This document shows positions 24,061 through 28,476 of a stretch of DNA of 28,476 nt, one piece after another. The stretch is from an uncultured Oscillospiraceae bacterium (GTDB taxonomy: Bacteria > Bacillota > Clostridia > UBA1381), in the NCBI GenBank assembly GCA_946531785.1, contig CAMNAT010000001.1, forward strand, positions 1-28,476. The letters are read 5' to 3'. The position numbers and the translations under genes are program-made. A model generated the notes under the pieces. That model had not been told where the DNA came from. It ran no database searches and saw only the letters and a list, made by a program, of their open reading frames with translations. The first letter of the stretch is position 1. Every line of letters begins with the position of its first letter.

Positions 24061-25064
24061 ATCCTTACCCCTTCCTTTACGAACGCCGCGCACAATGCCG
24101 ATACCGCGCTCAGATCATTCTTGTTCATCATGCATACCGGAGTATGAGAGTATCTGCACGGTATCCCTATACATGCGGTCGGCGCTCCGTCCGCCGCTGT
24201 GCCTGCCGCGCCCGCGATAGTCCGCTCCGTTGCTGCTGTCATGTTCTGCGTCTTTATCTTTTTTGCCGCCGCGAGCCTTGCAACAGCCGCGGTCATTGCG
24301 GTATCTGAGATATTCGTCCTGTCCATGTATTCTATCACAGCGCCGCCGCCGAGCCTCGCCCGCACATGCTCTGAGCGGTACACATCAGCCGCGTCCGGAG
24401 TATCTACAATTAGTATCATATCCGGCCGTATCGAGTACGCCGCGACCATCATGCCGCGCCCGCCGGTCTCGCGCTGAGCGCTGAATACAAAATATGTGTC
24501 ATATGCCGGAGTTTCGTCCATGGCCTCGATAAGACACACTGTTCCGAAACGGTCTAGCGCCTTTCCCTTTATAGAGTCGCCGCTGCTTTCAAACTCGGTG
24601 TCAAAGGTGATATAATCACCCTTCCGCACGCGCTTTGACGCCTTCTTCTTGTTCGCCGCGCCGATATCTATATACATATCAGACAGCTTCACAGCTGTCC
24701 CGCGCTCATCACGAGTTGTAAGATGCACAGCCTTTATGCCGATAACACCCTTTATCTTGTCTTCGCCTATCACTACCCTCTTGGCTATCAGCATACGCGG
24801 ATCGATCCTGCCCACTGCGCCGAATTTTATATATCCGTCGTCGGTGATATCCGTTACTATAAAGCCCGGCTCGTCGATATTCGTGCCGATAAGCACCTTT
24901 TTCTCAGGGCTTATTCCCCGCTTAAACGCGATAACATTGCCGAGGACATCTGTTTTTACACTGTCGCACTTTTCCTTTATCTCAGCTATGATATAGCTTC
25001 TTGCCTCATCCTCACAGCCGCAGACAGCGCACAACTCACTGAGCTTTTTTAAAGTGAAAGCCAT
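24057..25064 (-). CDS. M42-family protein, second copy; degenerate active site
   Basis: Same fold motifs but with TNIDEPG, KALDRFG and AQRETG; VDTP and RYSHTP are retained. Confidence 0.85.
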   Translation of the reverse strand: MAFTLKKLSELCAVCGCEDEARSYIIAEIKEKCDSVKTDVLGNVIAFKRGISPEKKVLIGTNIDEPGFIVTDITDDGYIKFGAVGRIDPRMLIAKRVVIGEDKIKGVIGIKAVHLTTRDERGTAVKLSDMYIDIGAANKKKASKRVRKGDYITFDTEFESSGDSIKGKALDRFGTVCLIEAMDETPAYDTYFVFSAQRETGGRGMMVAAYSIRPDMILIVDTPDAADVYRSEHVRARLGGGAVIEYMDRTNISDTAMTAAVARLAAAKKIKTQNMTAATERTIAGAAGTAADGAPTACIGIPCRYSHTPVCMMNKNDLSAVSALCAAFVKEGVRI

Positions 25065-26068
25065 TCTGTATCGCCCTCCGTTCCTTTAATAAACTCCGCA
25101 AGCAGATCTGCCACTGCCTTGACATCAGATACGGCAAGCGTTTCCACTGGAGTGTGCATATACTTGAGCGGTATCGACAAAAGCGCTGACGCCGAGCCTG
25201 CGCCCGAGACCTGCATCTCCCATGCGTCTGTGCCCGTGTCGCCGCCCTCTGCCTCGATCTGATACTTTATCCCGTTATCCTTGGCGGTCTCTATAAGCCG
25301 CTTTGCAAGCTTCGGATGGATATTGGGTCCTACCGATATGACCGCGCCGCCGCCTGTTCTGAATGCGTTCTTGCTGTTATCCGGCGTTATGCCATGTGTG
25401 ACATCTACCGCGATAGCTATATCCGGCGCGATACCGAATGAGGTCGTCTTTCCGCCGCGGCAGCCGACCTCCTCCTGAACGGCAGCGACTGCGTATACAT
25501 CACAGCTCAGCTTCTCGCCGCGCAGCTTTTTCATCGCGCCGATAAGCGCCGCAACGCTTGCGCGGTCGTCCATCGTCTTTGCACTGAGCTGCTTTTTGCC
25601 GAGCTGCCCCACCGACTGCGGCAGGGTTATGCTGTCGCCGACGGTCACAAGCGCGCGTACAGTCTCCGGATCAAGTCCTGTATCTATGGCCATATATTCC
25701 TTTTTAAAGCTTTTACCTTCCTCCGCGCATGCCGCCGAGATCACGCCCGAAACATCCATCTTTCCGTGGATCGTTACCTCAAGCGACGGCAGGATCCTCT
25801 GATCGACTCCGCCGATATCCGTAAAGGTGACAAAGCCCTCCTCGGTTATGCCCGAGACCATCAGACCGATCTCATCCATATGCGCCTCGATCATGATCTT
25901 CGGTGCATTCTCGCGTCCGCATTTTTTACAACCGATCACCGAGCCGAGCGCGTCACGCTCAACGCTGTCGCAAAACGGCTTCATCAGCCGCGCGACCTCG
26001 CGGTTTATGCGGTATTCAAACCCTGACGCTCCCCTCAGATTGCTGAGGTGCCATATAAGCTGCTGCAT
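25049..26068 (-). CDS. M42-family (TET-type) aminopeptidase, first copy; active site intact
   Basis: Motifs AHMDEIG, KTMDDRA, VQEEVGCRG, AVDVT and KYMHTP. Confidence 0.9.
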   Translation of the reverse strand: MQQLIWHLSNLRGASGFEYRINREVARLMKPFCDSVERDALGSVIGCKKCGRENAPKIMIEAHMDEIGLMVSGITEEGFVTFTDIGGVDQRILPSLEVTIHGKMDVSGVISAACAEEGKSFKKEYMAIDTGLDPETVRALVTVGDSITLPQSVGQLGKKQLSAKTMDDRASVAALIGAMKKLRGEKLSCDVYAVAAVQEEVGCRGGKTTSFGIAPDIAIAVDVTHGITPDNSKNAFRTGGGAVISVGPNIHPKLAKRLIETAKDNGIKYQIEAEGGDTGTDAWEMQVSGAGSASALLSIPLKYMHTPVETLAVSDVKAVADLLAEFIKGTEGDTEWLSL

Positions 26069-26074
26069 ATATTT

Positions 26075-27436
26075 TTACTCCAATTCACTAACTATCTTCT
26101 TAAACAGATTTCCGCGCTCCTCAAAGTTGCGGAACATATCAAAGCTCGTCGATGCCGGTGAGAGCAGTACCACATCACCGTCCGACGCCTTACTGCGAGC
26201 GGTGTTCACCGCGTCCTCATAGCTTTTTGCATCAATGACCTCGACCTCTCCGGCTCTTCCGGTCGCCTCCAGCGCTGCCTTTATCTTGCCGCTCGTCGCT
26301 CCGATAAGTATGAGCGTTTTTACATGATCTGCCAGAGGCTCGCCAAGCTCATCATACGGAATGCCCTTGTCCTTGCCGCCCGCGATCATTATGACCTTAT
26401 CGGGGAACACATTCAAGGTGTTTATTGTACGGTTAGGGCTTGAATCTATCGAGCTGTTGTAATATTTTACGCCGTCAAGCGTTCTGACAAGCTCTATCCT
26501 GTGCGGTACGCCGCCGAAGCTCTTTGCCACCTCGCGAACAACTTCAGCGCCTACAAGCTCATATACCGCGCCTATCGCCGCCATATAGTTTTCAACATTG
26601 TGCATTCCCGGTATCTTTATATCCGAAATATCGAGTATCTTATCCTTGCCGAAGCAAATAACTCCGTTATCAAGATAAATATCCGCCTGACTTTTGCGCG
26701 AGAAAAGCACCAGATCGGCATGAACGCCGGATATCAGCGCCGCGCTGTCGCGGTTATCAGCATTCAGTACGAGCCTGTCGCGGCTGTTCATGTATTTATA
26801 TATATTCGTTTTTGCCTCGATATACTCTCTGTAGTCCTTGTGCCAGTCAAGATGGTTCGGGCTGAGGTTTGTTATCACGCCTATCTCCGGCGAGCATTTC
26901 ATAGTGTGCAGCTGGAAGGATGAAAGCTCAAGAATAACATAGTCGTCCTCTGTCATCTTATCCACATCTGAAAGCAGCGGATTTCCGATATTGCCGCCGA
27001 GCCAGGTCTTATATCCCGCGCGCTCCATCATCTCATGGATGAGAGTTGTTGTGGTAGTCTTTCCGTCAGAACCGGTCACCGCGATCATATGCGACGGGCA
27101 AAGCTCAAAAAACGTTTCCATCTCAGATGTTATATGCGCGCCGCGCTCAGCAGCCTTTACAAGAGCCGGATTGTCTATACGCATTCCCGGTGTCTTGAAA
27201 ATTATATCATCGGTTATGTTGTCAAGATACCCGTCCCCCAATACAGTCTTTACGCCAAGCTCGCAGCACACCTTATAGTTATCGCCGAGCCAGTCGGCAT
27301 CATGCGCGTCACACGCGGTAACATTCGCACCCGCCTCAACAAGAAATTTTATAAGCGGCAGGTTGGATATGCCTATTCCGATAACGGTTATATTCTTTCC
27401 GTTTATTCTTTCCTTAAATAGATCAGCCTTAGTCAT
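26075..27436 (-). CDS. murD: UDP-N-acetylmuramoyl-L-alanine--D-glutamate ligase
   Basis: Motifs IGIGISN, AVTGSDGKTTTT, GGNIG, LELSSFQL, NLSPNHLDWH, HRIE, IAGGKDKG and LLSPASTSFDMFRNFEERG. AGGAG RBS. Confidence 0.95.
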   Translation of the reverse strand: MTKADLFKERINGKNITVIGIGISNLPLIKFLVEAGANVTACDAHDADWLGDNYKVCCELGVKTVLGDGYLDNITDDIIFKTPGMRIDNPALVKAAERGAHITSEMETFFELCPSHMIAVTGSDGKTTTTTLIHEMMERAGYKTWLGGNIGNPLLSDVDKMTEDDYVILELSSFQLHTMKCSPEIGVITNLSPNHLDWHKDYREYIEAKTNIYKYMNSRDRLVLNADNRDSAALISGVHADLVLFSRKSQADIYLDNGVICFGKDKILDISDIKIPGMHNVENYMAAIGAVYELVGAEVVREVAKSFGGVPHRIELVRTLDGVKYYNSSIDSSPNRTINTLNVFPDKVIMIAGGKDKGIPYDELGEPLADHVKTLILIGATSGKIKAALEATGRAGEVEVIDAKSYEDAVNTARSKASDGDVVLLSPASTSFDMFRNFEERGNLFKKIVSELE

Positions 27437-27453
27437 GATTTACTCCTTATATT

Positions 27454-27490
27454 AAAAAAGTATTATCCCCCATATAAGTATATGGGGGAA
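27454..27490 (-). terminator. Probable terminator between the topoisomerase B-subunit gene and murD
   Basis: 10-bp stem TCCCCCATAT / ATATGGGGGA (27466-27489), followed on the minus strand by TAATACTTTTTT. Confidence 0.65.
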
Positions 27491-27498
27491 TTTTTATC

Positions 27499-28476
27499 TT
27501 ATATATCAAGGTTTGAAACATACTTCGCGTTCGCTTCGATGAAGTCGCGGCGCGGCTCTACCTTCTCACCCATGAGCAGAGAGAATATCTTGTCAGCCTC
27601 GATGGCGTCCTCAACATCCACACGAAGGATAGTGCGCTTTTCGGGATCCATAGTCGTCTCCTTGAGCTCCTCCGGATCCATCTCTCCGAGACCCTTGTAG
27701 CGCTGTACCTTTGCGCCCTTGCCGAGCTCGGCTATCGCAGCGTCACGGGCTGCCTCGTCAAACACAAATCTCTCCACGATATCCTTGTTCTTGCCCTTGA
27801 ACACCTTATAAAGCGGCGGCTGGGCAATATACACATGACCGCCCTCTATAAGCGGACGCATATATCTGAAGAAGAAGGTCAGAAGCAGCGTTCTTATATG
27901 CGCTCCATCGACATCGGCATCCGCCATGATGATTATCTTGCCGTAGCGGAGATTTTCTTCATTGAACTCCTCGCCTATTCCGGCGCCCAGCGCCTGGATG
28001 ATAGGCAGAAGCTTTTCGTTTGCATATACCTTGTCTATCCTCGACTTCTCAACATTGAGCATCTTGCCCCACAGTGGCAGTACGGCCTGATAACGCCTGT
28101 GTCTACCCTGCTTTGCGCTGCCGCCCGCGCTATCACCCTCGACGATGAACAGCTCTGCATAATCCGAACCTTCGTCCGTGCAGCGGGCAAGCTTGCCGAG
28201 AAGCGATGAGTTGTTTGCCATCGCGCCCTTTCGCGAGTTCTCGCGTGCTCTGCGCGCCGCCTCTCTTGCGCGTGACGCGGATATGGTCTTTTCGATTATA
28301 GCCCTTGCTACCTTCGGATTCTCCTCCAGGAACGCCGCAAACTTGTCTGACAAGGCGCTTTCAACAAGATTTCTTGCTCCGGAGTTGCCCAGCTTCGTCT
28401 TTGTCTGTCCCTCAAACTGAGCCTCCGCGACCTTTACGCTGATGATCGCCGTAAGTCCCTCTCTGGTGTCCTCGCC
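27499..28476 (-). CDS. gyrB: Type IIA topoisomerase B subunit (GyrB or ParE-like), C-terminal part (5' end outside the window)
   Basis: The frame is open from the window end ([31 protein letters not shown]). TOPRIM motifs [14 protein letters not shown] and [12 protein letters not shown], then RYKGLGEMD and RRDFIEANA...LDI. gyrB versus parE is not resolved. Confidence 0.8.
   Translation of the reverse strand, partial: GEDTREGLTAIISVKVAEAQFEGQTKTKLGNSGARNLVESALSDKFAAFLEENPKVARAIIEKTISASRAREAARRARENSRKGAMANNSSLLGKLARCTDEGSDYAELFIVEGDSAGGSAKQGRHRRYQAVLPLWGKMLNVEKSRIDKVYANEKLLPIIQALGAGIGEEFNEENLRYGKIIIMADADVDGAHIRTLLLTFFFRYMRPLIEGGHVYIAQPPLYKVFKGKNKDIVERFVFDEAARDAAIAELGKGAKVQRYKGLGEMDPEELKETTMDPEKRTILRVDVEDAIEADKIFSLLMGEKVEPRRDFIEANAKYVSNLDI

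Noticed and set aside
23077-26068. Endoglucanase/cellulase annotation for the M42 genes
   Set aside because: The motifs are those of M42 metallo-aminopeptidases; the cellulase label is a known misannotation of this family.
1-28476. CRISPR arrays, IS elements, prophage genes, tRNA/rRNA, T-box or riboswitch leaders
   Set aside because: No regular repeat-spacer pattern, transposase/integrase motif or cloverleaf was seen, and the intergenic spaces are short and explained by promoters, terminators and the 6S-like RNA.

Overview
A 28.5 kb chromosomal window from a Clostridia-type Firmicute with about 23 CDS and one ncRNA; the taxonomy is inferred from gene content and sigma-A/GGAGG signals. Left to right: (1) the tail of a secondary cell-wall polysaccharide operon (csaB, murJ-like flippase, Wzy/WaaL-like polymerase/ligase, GT4, two DUF4330 genes); (2) a convergent minus-strand block of ruvX/yqgF, DUF1292 and a probable 6S RNA with its own promoter; (3) a plus-strand envelope operon (DAG-kinase family, PF06695 membrane protein, YkgJ-like Cys-cluster protein, VanW-domain protein) followed by a short archaeal-type aspS; (4) an accessory carbohydrate/cell-surface block (secreted GH2, a lectin-like/Ig-like repeat protein, a copper-amine-oxidase-N-domain protein, a FucI/AraA-family isomerase); (5) a minus-strand run of a gyrB/parE-type gene (partial), murD, three tandem M42 peptidases and a secreted SLH-anchored M3 oligopeptidase. 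No mobile element, CRISPR array, tRNA or rRNA was recognised. The strongest oddities are an in-frame TAG that cuts 40 codons off the GH2 C-terminal domain, an Arg-to-Cys change in motif 2 of an otherwise intact AspRS, a degenerate middle subunit in the M42 trio, an exported SLH-bearing M3 peptidase coupled to that trio, a GH2 lacking the canonical acid/base Glu, and a 21-bp-period direct repeat at the GH2 promoter. All family assignments come from motif recognition by eye; no database searches were run.
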